Assembly (NCBI GenBank): GCA_017303675.1
Contig: JAFLBX010000002.1
Location: forward strand, 1,461,075-1,525,074
Reading direction: 5' to 3'
Length of the DNA: 64,000 nt
DNA from: Ignavibacteria bacterium
Lineage (GTDB): Bacteria; Bacteroidota; Ignavibacteria; Tepidaquicellales; OLB5
The stretch's first letter is position 1; each line of letters opens with the position of its first letter. This document shows positions 45,782-55,239 of the stretch, in pieces. The translations under genes and the position numbers were made by a program. Under the pieces are notes generated by a model that did no database searches, had not been told where the DNA came from, and worked only from the letters and a program-made list of their open reading frames with translations.

Positions 45782-47059
45782 TTATTTAAACCAAAAAAAC
45801 AATGGCATCAATACAGCAACAATCACAGCCCATACTGCATAGATCGGCAGCATATCAGACATGCTTTTTTCAACACTTTCAGCTTCAGCTTTTTTACGGA
45901 TAAACTGAAAAAGCTTGAATGTAATTAATATCAGATTGGAGAAGAGCAGTAGGTTTGCTCCAAGCACTGCAATCCTGTTAGGAGTCAGCCCGAAGGAAAA
46001 CAGCCTGTAAATAATAGCCGAAAGCGCGATTGAGTTTATAACCAACGCTTCGATGGAAAGCAGAAGCAGTATTTTATTGTAAATTGACCTGTGATTTTCT
46101 GCACTGCCTGAAAATGTGAAAACAACCACTGCAATTATTGCGCCCAGCAATACGTTAAAAACTATGAGCTCTTCCCTGTTATTAAATGGATCTTTAGCGA
46201 AAAATACCAGCGCCGCCAAAAAACCAGTCATAGCAATGAACATTAAAGGCGTAAACAGCTTTGAAATAAAAGGAGCTACCCTGCTGATAATTTTAGGCGA
46301 GGTTTCTATCATATAATTGGCTGCAATCGGCGCAGAAATTAGCCCGTAAACAACAACATATTCTTCTATTACAGTATCTATCCTTACTTTAATGACGCTG
46401 AACATTGCAGCACTAAGCATTGTAAGCAGCATACCGGCACAAAGAATGACCCCTGTCAGTACAAAAGTATCTCCGTTGCGTTTTAAAAAGTTCATCCTTG
46501 CTTTTCTTGAGCTAATATCAAAATTAATATATGAAGCTCCCAGCAGGACCCATGTTATAAATGAAAAATGGATCGCTGAAAGTATCCTTGTCTGGCTGGT
46601 TTCCTGCCACGGGATAAAATTCATGAACCCGATACCAAACAGTACAACAGAAAATACAGCGATAATTTTTTTACTGTCAGCTTTAAACTTAAGCAGGTAG
46701 AAAAGCGCCAGTGCAGGGAAAAGCAAAAACGGCAGATTATTGGGAATAAAATACTGTGCTTCAAGACCGAAAATTTTGGGGAATTTTAAAATTGTGCCGC
46801 ATACCAAAGCCGCTATTACGGTATATAAAAGATTGAACTTTCCGTTATTCCCGCCCAAAAGATCCTCAGCGGAATCATTATCTGCGGCAATGTTCAATGT
46901 TTCTTCGGTAAGCCTTATTTTCCAGAATTGGGCAAGCGGCTCTTCCTTAATTTCCGGAAATATTTCATTAAAATTATTTGTAAATTCAGTATAGTTCTCG
47001 CGGTAAAGCTTTTCAAGCATAGAGGGATTTTGGATGTTTTCCAAAATATTTTGTTTCAT
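45782..47059 (-). CDS. Multi-pass membrane protein of unknown function (DUF4153-like, tentative)
   Basis: 425 aa with a soluble N-terminal ~60 aa followed by about 10 hydrophobic helices. Last gene of a same-strand cluster. Confidence 0.6.
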   Translation of the reverse strand: MKQNILENIQNPSMLEKLYRENYTEFTNNFNEIFPEIKEEPLAQFWKIRLTEETLNIAADNDSAEDLLGGNNGKFNLLYTVIAALVCGTILKFPKIFGLEAQYFIPNNLPFLLFPALALFYLLKFKADSKKIIAVFSVVLFGIGFMNFIPWQETSQTRILSAIHFSFITWVLLGASYINFDISSRKARMNFLKRNGDTFVLTGVILCAGMLLTMLSAAMFSVIKVRIDTVIEEYVVVYGLISAPIAANYMIETSPKIISRVAPFISKLFTPLMFIAMTGFLAALVFFAKDPFNNREELIVFNVLLGAIIAVVVFTFSGSAENHRSIYNKILLLLSIEALVINSIALSAIIYRLFSFGLTPNRIAVLGANLLLFSNLILITFKLFQFIRKKAEAESVEKSMSDMLPIYAVWAVIVAVLMPLFFWFK

Positions 47060-47092
47060 TTTGGTTTGTAATTAAATTTTTTGAATTATGTT

Positions 47093-47473
47093 TTAATTTC
47101 TGCCAACGGGAATATTGCCTAATTTCTGAAGGTCATGATAAAGATATATGAATATAATGTAACTTATGTTAACTGTTATAATAGTTAAGTTTAAAAAGCT
47201 TTTTCTGTACACCAAAAGCTCAAGTTCTTTAGTATCAGCCTTTTTAGAATTGATAAAAATAATATCTGCAAAGCAAATTAACAGTGAGACAAGCGAACAA
47301 ACGTTCATAACAACGTACGGGTTTAATGTTTTCTTAATTGTAAAAAGCGCTTCATAAAACAGCTCTGACTCAACTGCCCTCAGCAGTATTGATATAATTA
47401 TCATTGTTGAAGGAAGCAGCAGAACCAAACCCGTAAATGTGGTTTTATCAAAATACTTTTCCATATCCGTCAT
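47093..47473 (-). CDS. Small membrane protein (hypothetical)
   Basis: 126 aa with 3-4 hydrophobic helices. Its start overlaps the upstream gene's stop by 4 nt. Confidence 0.5.
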   Translation of the reverse strand: MTDMEKYFDKTTFTGLVLLLPSTMIIISILLRAVESELFYEALFTIKKTLNPYVVMNVCSLVSLLICFADIIFINSKKADTKELELLVYRKSFLNLTIITVNISYIIFIYLYHDLQKLGNIPVGRN

Positions 47474-49209
47474 CTTTGATTCTGCCTTCTATCAATATCA
47501 GGTGCATTCAGCTTTGGTGTTTCTTCAATCTTCGGCTCATTTTCACGGGCATTAATATCATTATCATTTCGCGGCACTGTTTCAAGATGCTCATTTTTAT
47601 CGATCACATTATTTTTCAGGCTGTCTAAATTTTTCTTTTTGAGCGGGAGGTAAATTTGCGACCCGTTTTCTTTGTAATATTGTTTGGTTCTTTCATCCGG
47701 CAGATTCCACGAAAGCCATGAATAATTTTCCTGGTTAATATCAAAGCTTTCAACACGCTGCTTGTAAACAGTAAGCCCGTTGTTATAGTCACTGAAAATA
47801 AAGCTGTATTCCAGGAAATCCCTGTTGAGGACATCCCTGTGTTTATCAAGAACAGGAAGCGCATCATCATTTAGCTTCAGCAGGTAATCAATATCAATTT
47901 TATCTTTTGCGGGATTTTTAAGATTGAATTCGGCAATTGTAATATCCCAGCTGAATGAGCTCATGATCAACAGCATTAATATTGCCGCCATGCTGTTGAC
48001 CTTAAAAAGCCAGAACGTCGTTCTTTTCTGATGAATTTTTAATATCATTGTAACAAGCCCGGTAAGCGTGAGGATAATGAAAATCATAACGCCTATTCTT
48101 TTATATGAAAGCGCAAAGTAATGCTCTATGTAATAGATATTCCTGAGGGATACCGATACTGCCATAAAAGCGTTCTGAACTATCCATGTATATGCAAGGA
48201 GCTTTAATGTTTTGTTTGAAGCCAGGTAATTCTGCGAACCGCGGAATATTACCAGTAATATTGCCATTGAAAGCAGTATGCTGAAAATGAGATAATAAGT
48301 GCCTTCATGGACATAGTACGCAATGTTCTCAATATTTGCCGCATCAAAGCCAAGCCACGTAACCTGTATATCAATTACATTCAGAAGCAGCAGCAAAGCA
48401 TTCATCATTACAAGCAGTACAATTCCCATTTTTGTTTCAAGCTTAAGCGAGTTTGGCTTAAAGCGGTATGAAAAGAGGGTATACATTAAATGTGATTTCG
48501 GTACAGGCTTAGTGCGTGAGTGCACCTTGAATATTTTATCACGCTGCAATGAATCGTGGAATGAGTTATCAAGCTCTGTAAATACCCTGATATTATTGTT
48601 ATAAATAAAAGCGGTAATTAACATTAATCCCAGCAGGATATAAAAGAAACGAAGTATGGGATAATTTATAAAAATATCATACAGGTAATTCCCAATTGAA
48701 TCCCAGAAAGTAACTGAGTATGAGTTGAAGACCGGATTGGAATAAGCGTAAATGGAATAGAATATCACAAAAAATATTAGCGGTATAAAGGCAAGCTTAA
48801 CGAACTTTAGAGCCAGCTTAAACGCCCTGAACTTTGAAGCGAAATACCTGAGCTCAGTATATATGTTATACGGAAAGATCACAAAACTTGAAACTGTGGT
48901 AAGCACTGCGCTGTAGACTGTCTGAAGCTGCGGCTGGTGAATGTACCCTGTAAAGATCATAAAACAAACAAATGCTGCAAATTTGGCGTAACCGGAGTTT
49001 ATGAACAAAACCATCGCCGAGGCATACAAAGCAGCAAGCATCGATACAATGACATTTTTATTTTTAATATTCTCTTCATTCATAAAAAGCTGGGCAACGA
49101 TTCCGAGAGAGAAAAAAATAAAAATGTTCAGCCCCAGCTTTTCTGACCAGAAGAAAAAATTATAGATTACCAGAAGCGCAATTGTAATAATGAACCTGGG
49201 CTTATGCAT
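47470..49209 (-). CDS. Large multi-pass membrane protein of unknown function (DUF4173-like, tentative)
   Basis: 579 aa with about 12 hydrophobic helices and a soluble C-terminal ~150 aa ending in a charged, disordered tail. GGAGGG lies 9 nt upstream of the ATG. Confidence 0.6.
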   Translation of the reverse strand: MHKPRFIITIALLVIYNFFFWSEKLGLNIFIFFSLGIVAQLFMNEENIKNKNVIVSMLAALYASAMVLFINSGYAKFAAFVCFMIFTGYIHQPQLQTVYSAVLTTVSSFVIFPYNIYTELRYFASKFRAFKLALKFVKLAFIPLIFFVIFYSIYAYSNPVFNSYSVTFWDSIGNYLYDIFINYPILRFFYILLGLMLITAFIYNNNIRVFTELDNSFHDSLQRDKIFKVHSRTKPVPKSHLMYTLFSYRFKPNSLKLETKMGIVLLVMMNALLLLLNVIDIQVTWLGFDAANIENIAYYVHEGTYYLIFSILLSMAILLVIFRGSQNYLASNKTLKLLAYTWIVQNAFMAVSVSLRNIYYIEHYFALSYKRIGVMIFIILTLTGLVTMILKIHQKRTTFWLFKVNSMAAILMLLIMSSFSWDITIAEFNLKNPAKDKIDIDYLLKLNDDALPVLDKHRDVLNRDFLEYSFIFSDYNNGLTVYKQRVESFDINQENYSWLSWNLPDERTKQYYKENGSQIYLPLKKKNLDSLKNNVIDKNEHLETVPRNDNDINARENEPKIEETPKLNAPDIDRRQNQR

Positions 49210-49267
49210 GTTGGGGCCCTCCGGATATGATGATCTTTTTCATGATTTGTTTTTTCAGCTTCGCGCT

Positions 49268-49570
49268 TTATTTTGCGCTGCTGTTTATTAACCTTTCAAG
49301 TGCGTCTAAATGTTCGTTAAATGCTCTCCTTCCTGCAGCTGAAGCTGAATATGTTGTATTCGGCTTTTTGCCTATAAATGATTTATTGACCTTCACATAT
49401 TTTGCTTTTTCAAGTGATGCCATATGGCTGGCAAGGTTCCCGTCAGTAACATCAAGGTGGGTTTTAAGGGAATTAAAATCAACCCAATCGTTTACCATCA
49501 GCATTGACATGATCCCAAGCCTGATCTTGCTTTCAAAGAGCTTATTAATATTTACGAGGATATCCTTCAA
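49268..49570 (-). CDS. Winged-helix transcriptional regulator (HTH_34/ArsR-MarR-like)
   Basis: LFESKIRLGIMSMLM...FNSLK..L.VTDGNLASHM..LEKAKYV...K.F.GKKP.T.Y..S..GR.AF..HL matches the winged-helix HTH_34 pattern. Confidence 0.75.
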   Translation of the reverse strand: MKDILVNINKLFESKIRLGIMSMLMVNDWVDFNSLKTHLDVTDGNLASHMASLEKAKYVKVNKSFIGKKPNTTYSASAAGRRAFNEHLDALERLINSSAK

Positions 49571-49599
49571 TTTGTTCCGCTTAACAGGCTGAAATTCAA

Positions 49600-50259
49600 T
49601 TATTTATTTTCATATTTAAAATACATCACTAATCCGTAAAGAATATTAAGCAAACCGAATCCTGCACCCCAGAAATATATAGCTTCATTAAGGAAAAGCA
49701 TTGATATAAGCCCGAGCAGAATTTCAGAAACACCGAGCCATTTTATTTCACTTAAAGTGAACTTACCGGCGTTCAATAGGGCAAGCCCGTAGAACACAAG
49801 CATTGAAGGCAGCACAAGCCAGTCATAATATTGATATATAAGTATAAGGCAGAAAACTCCCCCGGTTACAAGGGGTAAGAACAGGTTCACTACCAGTCTT
49901 TTTGCGGAGCCATCCCAAACCGGGTACCCGTTCTTTTTTGCCTTCCTGGCGGTAAAGTATATTGCCGCAAGGAAAGTTATAACAAGTACAGCCGCAGATA
50001 CTGTAATTCCGAAAATTATGAAATCAAGACGCGTTTCAGCGGATATCATTGGTGAGCTGGAATAATCCATAAACCTGAAAAGCTTTTGATGAAGGATAAA
50101 TGCCGCTATCAGGCCCATTATACCGGCGCTTATACCTGATAGCCCGCTGAGCGATATAAAGCTGCTGGAACGCTCCATCAGGCTTCGTATCTCCGTCAGG
50201 TTCTTTAAATGCTGCTGGTTTGAATCCATTTCACTGTTTCCGGGTTTATTCTGCTCCAT
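49600..50259 (-). CDS. Membrane protein (hypothetical), first gene of the cluster
   Basis: 219 aa with about 6 hydrophobic helices after a 35-aa soluble N-terminus. Confidence 0.55.
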   Translation of the reverse strand: MEQNKPGNSEMDSNQQHLKNLTEIRSLMERSSSFISLSGLSGISAGIMGLIAAFILHQKLFRFMDYSSSPMISAETRLDFIIFGITVSAAVLVITFLAAIYFTARKAKKNGYPVWDGSAKRLVVNLFLPLVTGGVFCLILIYQYYDWLVLPSMLVFYGLALLNAGKFTLSEIKWLGVSEILLGLISMLFLNEAIYFWGAGFGLLNILYGLVMYFKYENK

Positions 50260-50289
50260 TGTTCAAGAATTTGGTTTCTGCTAAAAAGT

Positions 50290-50306
50290 ACTTTGTAATG
50301 CAAAGT
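50290..50306. promoter_or_regulatory. Palindrome ACTTTG-TAATG-CAAAGT overlapping a TAACTTTG (-7 box-like, Bacteroidota-type TAnnTTTG) element on the minus strand
   Basis: Read directly from the sequence, about 30-45 nt upstream of the ATG at 50259. It is a candidate operator for the cluster's winged-helix regulator. Confidence 0.25.
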
Positions 50307-50371
50307 TAATCGAAGAAAATTGAAATGTCAAGGATTAAAAGAAAAAAACTATGGTATTTGGTGATTGGATA

Positions 50372-50395
50372 TAAAAAAAGGCTCCTTGCGGAGCC
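50372..50395 (-). terminator. Rho-independent terminator of the epimerase gene
   Basis: Minus strand: GGCTCC-GCAA-GGAGCC followed by TTTTTTTAT. Confidence 0.7.
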
Positions 50396-50451
50396 ATTAA
50401 ATTTCATTTTTTTTTCTGTAACAAAACAGAACCATTATGTTCTTTCTATTC

Positions 50452-51450
50452 TTAAGCTGATGCTTTTTGAATCAGCTCACTTTCGCGTTCATCTGATAAT
50501 CCTGCAACAGGAGCCTTCCATCCCAAAGCAGAATAATAATCCACGCATCGTTTAACGCTTTCATTGAAGTTATGGAAGAAAACGGGGAAATCATTTTCTG
50601 CCCTTGAATTATCAAGGCACATATTCATTGCTCCAACCCATACTGGCAGGTCAGCCCACGGCTGAATTTTATTTTCTTCGATGAAATCCATAGATACATC
50701 GATTAGTTCAGGTGTTTTACCGGTCAGCACAGAAGCAGAATTAATATATTCCTTAAGTGTTACCGGTTTATGGGTTACAGCGTTATAGATCCTGTTATGC
50801 TCCTTCACATCTATAGCTGCCCTAATAAGCTCTGCAAAATCCTCGCTGAATGTTGCTGTAAAGCTTTCTTTGCCGCCATCAGGAAAAAGTATTTTTTTAT
50901 TATTATGCACTTTGTACAGCCAGTAATAGAACCTGTCAGTGTAATCATACCTGCCGTATATCAGCCCGGGCCTGAAGATAACTGAATCCAGCCATTTTTT
51001 ATTAAGCAGGATCCTTTCACACTCAGCTTTTTTTTCACCGTAAGTGGAATTAACATCAGGATCTGTTTTCTGTTCTTCGGTACATGGCAAGGTTGGCGCA
51101 TCTTCCTCCAGCGGCTTGCTCCAGAACTCCGGGTCGTTCATAGGATAAACACTTGCAGTGGAAATAAATATATACCTTCCAACCTTACCATTTAGCATTT
51201 CGGTGATCTCATCCAGGTTTACAGGATACATACAGCTGAAATCTATGACAGTATCCCAGTCTTCATCTGCGATCTGTTTTATTTCTTCAGGATTAAGTCT
51301 ATCCCCCTGTATATGCCGAAGCTCAGGGAAAATTCCGGGAGAGCGTTTGCCGCGGTTAAAAAGTACGGGCTGTATATCAAGCTTTATGAGGTTTTCGGTA
51401 AGGATCCTGCCAACGAACCCTGTGCCGCCTAAGATGAGAATTTTTTTCAT
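50452..51450 (-). CDS. NAD(P)-dependent epimerase/dehydratase family protein (atypical SDR)
   Basis: ILILGGTGFVGR Rossmann motif; 332 aa. Confidence 0.8.
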   Translation of the reverse strand: MKKILILGGTGFVGRILTENLIKLDIQPVLFNRGKRSPGIFPELRHIQGDRLNPEEIKQIADEDWDTVIDFSCMYPVNLDEITEMLNGKVGRYIFISTASVYPMNDPEFWSKPLEEDAPTLPCTEEQKTDPDVNSTYGEKKAECERILLNKKWLDSVIFRPGLIYGRYDYTDRFYYWLYKVHNNKKILFPDGGKESFTATFSEDFAELIRAAIDVKEHNRIYNAVTHKPVTLKEYINSASVLTGKTPELIDVSMDFIEENKIQPWADLPVWVGAMNMCLDNSRAENDFPVFFHNFNESVKRCVDYYSALGWKAPVAGLSDERESELIQKASA

Positions 51451-51572
51451 ATCAATAATTTTACGTATTATAAAAAAGTTTCAGAAAGGAGGGCACAAAA
51501 AAAGCGGAGCTAAGCTCCGCTGTAAATTTAAATACTTATTTTATTAACTGAAATATAAATCTATATAACCGT

Positions 51573-51785
51573 TCACTTGTTATCATGGAAATCAAGCTCT
51601 TCAAGATCAATGAGTATCTTCCGCGCGTTCAGAATATTTTCATCTCCTGTTACCTGGATCTCTGTTACTCCGTTTTTGCTGATCGAATAAATGATTCCTG
51701 CATCGTTAAGTAATGATTCAGCCACTGAAATAATTGACGTATTACGTGATGCCAGAACTGTCTTTGGCTGGTTGTTTTTAGCCAT
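51573..51785 (-). CDS. Small hypothetical protein (DUF2007-like, tentative)
   Basis: Start chosen at MAKNNQ. The pattern ..A..LL.DAGI......G...I.V...........IL resembles putative signal-transducing DUF2007. Weak call. Confidence 0.35.
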   Translation of the reverse strand: MAKNNQPKTVLASRNTSIISVAESLLNDAGIIYSISKNGVTEIQVTGDENILNARKILIDLEELDFHDNK

Positions 51786-51929
51786 ATTAAACTCCACGAA
51801 ATTTGCTATTTGCAATATTTATACTTTTATATTAACGTAAAATAAACTAAATATTGCAATGTAGGAATACCTTAAAGACGTTAGGCTAAAAATAAAATAA
51901 ATCTATGTTTATTAATGATATAGAAACGG

Positions 51930-52544
51930 TTATTTTTTCCGGGCTTTCATAAATGATGCAATATCCCGTTTTACATTGTCCTTTTTTGAGCCCAGTTCCT
52001 CAATTATTCTTTCCCTGTCGCCCTCTGTTCTGTTTTGGCTTAATTTGAATTTCCCTTCAATTTCTTTTATTTTTATGCTGAAAGCAACAATTCCATCGAG
52101 TAAACCGTTTTTATAATCTTCCGGTAAGCTTTCCCACTGCATTTGATACTGAGGCTCGAAAACTTTGAATGAATCTTCAAGCACAGCAATTCTTTCTTCT
52201 AATGAATGGTGAATTTGAGGCACACCGTAAGCGTGTACTGCGATGTAGTTCCACGTAGGTACACTCACCGGGTTATCGTAAAGCTTAGGTGATATATATG
52301 CATGCGGTTCCTGGAAAATAACAAGCACTTCTTCATCAGCTTTAAAATTAGCCCACTGCGGGTTTGCCTTAGCCATATGCGCTCTTAGAATAATTTCACC
52401 GTCATTTTTTTCAACCAAAAAAGGGAGGTGAGTTGCCCAATATCTTTTCTTTGCGGTATTGACCAATGATGCAAAGTTGTATTGCTTCATGAATTCAACT
52501 AACTTCGCTCTTTCATTCTCTTCGAAATGTTTTGGAGTGTACAT
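51930..52544 (-). CDS. paiB: FMN-binding negative transcriptional regulator PaiB family
   Basis: MYTPKHFEE... N-terminus with ATHLPF and HAYISP motifs; about 200 aa. Confidence 0.82.
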   Translation of the reverse strand: MYTPKHFEENERAKLVEFMKQYNFASLVNTAKKRYWATHLPFLVEKNDGEIILRAHMAKANPQWANFKADEEVLVIFQEPHAYISPKLYDNPVSVPTWNYIAVHAYGVPQIHHSLEERIAVLEDSFKVFEPQYQMQWESLPEDYKNGLLDGIVAFSIKIKEIEGKFKLSQNRTEGDRERIIEELGSKKDNVKRDIASFMKARKK

Positions 52545-52582
52545 TTGGCAGTCCTGGATTTTTGGTGGCAGAATTTTTTACG

Positions 52583-52667
52583 ATAAGACTTCAAAAGTCT
52601 TATCACATATTATATAAATAAGATTCATCTGAAAATACTATGACAAAAACAGACTTTTGAAGTCTTA
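52583..52667. repeat. Inverted pair of a 17-nt self-complementary unit (TAAGACTTCAAAAGTCT at 52584-52600; reverse complement at 52651-52667)
   Basis: Read directly from the sequence. Each unit is itself a hairpin (ATAAGACTT-CAA-AAGTCTTAT). Confidence 0.9.
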
Positions 52668-52673
52668 CGAACT

Positions 52674-53198
52674 TCAAAGCTCTTTACTTAAGATTACACT
52701 CTTATAATTAACATCAGGCCATTGCCAGTAATGGATATATTCATATCCGCGGTTATTGTAATAATCAATTAAATGCAAAGCTTTCTCGGATGTATCAAGC
52801 ACTACACGCTTTTTATTTCTTTTTATGGCAAGTGATTCAACAAAATCCATTAACTTTGAGCCAAGGCCGTGCTTCTGCAGAGCCGGCTCAACAGCAAACT
52901 TGCCTATTAGCACAGAATCATTTTGTTTATAAATTTCCGGGGCATCATCCCACATAGTAGTATAATAGAATACAGTACCGGTAAGCTTGCTGCTTGCTTC
53001 AAGAATGTAACACTCCCCTTTTTTCAGATAATTCCGTGTGTATTCAGCACTTTGAAATGTTGCAATGAAGTTCAGCCCCATATCAGCAAGCCTTTTATAT
53101 GCACGGTGCAGAAGGTCTGTTAGCTCCTCAACAGAATCTTTAGATTCATCAAAGAGCCGGATTGTATAATTTGTGTTATTTAAAGTGAATGTTTTCAT
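52674..53198 (-). CDS. GNAT family N-acetyltransferase
   Basis: The GKFAVEPALQKHGLGSKLMDFVE acetyl-CoA-binding motif (Q/RxxGxG/A); 174 aa. Confidence 0.8.
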   Translation of the reverse strand: MKTFTLNNTNYTIRLFDESKDSVEELTDLLHRAYKRLADMGLNFIATFQSAEYTRNYLKKGECYILEASSKLTGTVFYYTTMWDDAPEIYKQNDSVLIGKFAVEPALQKHGLGSKLMDFVESLAIKRNKKRVVLDTSEKALHLIDYYNNRGYEYIHYWQWPDVNYKSVILSKEL

Positions 53199-53246
53199 TG
53201 GCAGTGCATTACCCCTACTTCGAACACAACTGCGTTGCGTTCTCTT

Positions 53247-53278
53247 CTCCCCCTGTTAGGGGGAGATCAAGAGGGGGT
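53247..53278. repeat. GC-rich hairpin module CTCCCCCT-GTT-AGGGGGAG + ATCAA + GAGGGGGT (copy B)
   Basis: Same arms and trailing block as 22374-22403, but with the 3-nt loop reverse-complemented (AAC versus GTT). Confidence 0.9.
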
Positions 53279-53288
53279 ATTTTCATTT

Positions 53289-53306
53289 CCCGCTCTGAAG
53301 AGCGGG
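53289..53306. other. Hairpin CCCGCTC-TGAA-GAGCGGG
   Basis: Read directly from the sequence, 10 nt after repeat copy B. Confidence 0.85.
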
Positions 53307-53410
53307 GCAAATCAAAATCTAATTATTAACAGACAAAAATTCCTGTTATTCTAAATCAAAAAAAATTATAAAACTGCGCCTTTGCGTCTTCGCGAGATCA
53401 AAAAAAGCAA

Positions 53411-55039
53411 TCACACAAACAGATCAACAAATTCAAATTTACGCCCGTCAAACAGACCCTTATCACTCAGCTTTAGCTGAGGAATAACCAAAAGTGCCAT
53501 AAATGATAATGTCATAAACGGCGCATGAAGCTCAGTACCAAGCTCTTTAGCCATTGCGTCAAGGCGTGTGTATTTTTCTGCGATTGTATAGCCGTCTTCA
53601 TTTGTCATAATTCCCGCAACAGGCAGCGGCAATACTTCAACATTGCCGTCAAAAGCAACTGATATGCCGCCTTTATAATCAATTATTCCGTTAACGGCAT
53701 TGCAGATATCTTCATCTGATGCGCCAACAGCTATGATATTATGTGAATCATGCCCAACACATGAAGCAATAGCTCCCCGCTTTAGCCCGAAATTCCGGAT
53801 AAATCCAACCGCCGGCTTTTCATTGTTATACCTGCATACAACTGTCATCTTAAGAACATCGTTTGCAGTATTGGATACCAGCTTCGCATCAAAAAGCTTT
53901 GCCGGTTCATGAAGCTCTTCAGTTATAAGCTGGACTTCGAGTGCTTTAATAACCCTGATAACGGGTGCACCGTCATTACGGGCATTCACGGAAAAATCAC
54001 CGGGTGATTTCCTGGTAGTGTTAAAATTATTTACAATTTCCGCCGGGACTCTTTCTATCAGAGACTTACCTTCTTCTGCAACCAATTGCCCGTTAATGAA
54101 TGTTTTTAAAACCTTAAAATCAGTTAAGTTATTTACAACAATAAGATCCGCTGCATCACCTGGCTGAAGCAGCCCGACATCAAGCTTATAATGCTTAACA
54201 GGGTTCACACATGCGGCAGTAAGTACATCAAACAGGTCATACCCGTATTTTACAGAACGCCGGACATGTTCATCTATCTGGCTTACAACAAGATCATTGG
54301 GGTGTTTATCATCGCTGCAGAACATTACCATTTGCGGGTGAGAGCCAAGCAGCGGATGCAGGGCTTCATAGTTTTTAGCGGCGGAGCCTTCGCGGATGAG
54401 AATTTTCATTCCGTACCCTATTTTGCTCAACGCTTCATCAAGTGTAAAGCACTCATGGTCAGTTGATATTCCTGCTTCTATATATTTCTTTGCGTCTTCA
54501 CCTTTTAGTCCGGGGGCATGCCCGTCAACGGGTCTGCCTAAACTATGAGCGATATTGATCTTATCCATTACAAGCGGGTCACGGTGCAGTACACCCGGAT
54601 AGTTCATCATTTCACTAAGATATTTCAAGCCGTCTTCTTCAAACAGTCTTTTAATATCTTCAGCGGTTATAACTGCTCCCGCGGTTTCGAATGTTGTAGC
54701 CGGAACACAGGAAGGCGCGCCGAAATAGAATTTGAACGGCACTTTTTTGCCGTTATCTATCATATACCTAACGCCGTCGAGTCCGAGTACATTGCCGATT
54801 TCATGCGGATCTGATACCGTGGCAATTGTACCATGCAGCACGGCAAGCCGTGCAAATTCAGATGGAATTAACATTGAGCTTTCCACGTGGACGTGGGCAT
54901 CTATGAATCCGGGCAGGATGTAGTTCTCATACTTGCCTTCAGTAGGTGTAATTGATTTAATCTTTCCATCTTCAAATGTTACTGTGCCCGGAAAAATCTT
55001 CCTGTTCAAAACATCAACGATATTGCCTGTAAGTTCCAT
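53411..55039 (-). CDS. ade: Adenine deaminase
   Basis: [15 protein letters not shown] metal-binding motif; ~540 aa, collinear with the AdeC family. Confidence 0.9.
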   Translation of the reverse strand: MELTGNIVDVLNRKIFPGTVTFEDGKIKSITPTEGKYENYILPGFIDAHVHVESSMLIPSEFARLAVLHGTIATVSDPHEIGNVLGLDGVRYMIDNGKKVPFKFYFGAPSCVPATTFETAGAVITAEDIKRLFEEDGLKYLSEMMNYPGVLHRDPLVMDKINIAHSLGRPVDGHAPGLKGEDAKKYIEAGISTDHECFTLDEALSKIGYGMKILIREGSAAKNYEALHPLLGSHPQMVMFCSDDKHPNDLVVSQIDEHVRRSVKYGYDLFDVLTAACVNPVKHYKLDVGLLQPGDAADLIVVNNLTDFKVLKTFINGQLVAEEGKSLIERVPAEIVNNFNTTRKSPGDFSVNARNDGAPVIRVIKALEVQLITEELHEPAKLFDAKLVSNTANDVLKMTVVCRYNNEKPAVGFIRNFGLKRGAIASCVGHDSHNIIAVGASDEDICNAVNGIIDYKGGISVAFDGNVEVLPLPVAGIMTNEDGYTIAEKYTRLDAMAKELGTELHAPFMTLSFMALLVIPQLKLSDKGLFDGRKFEFVDLFV

Positions 55040-55239
55040 AGTTTTATTATAAATATGCCGGGTCGTTAGACCTGATACTACACTTTGTGTTATTCAAGCG
55101 GAAGCAGGAATCTTAATTAATTACAAATTTAGTGAGTTTAGGCGAGGGTTAAAAGAGAAAAATGGAAATGCAGAAAACGTTATTGTTCGCTAATTCCCCT
55201 TGAAAACTTAGTGACTAAAAGCTATGTTTAATTAACAAA

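Noticed and set aside
55040-55239. A possible purine riboswitch upstream of adenine deaminase (minus strand), or an Mg2+ M-box upstream of the MgtC-like gene (plus strand), in the 200-nt divergent spacer.
   Set aside because: I could not find the conserved purine-riboswitch core (UAUAAU..GGAUAUGG..GUUUCUACC..CCGUAAA) or M-box-like conserved segments on either strand. An Rfam scan would settle it.
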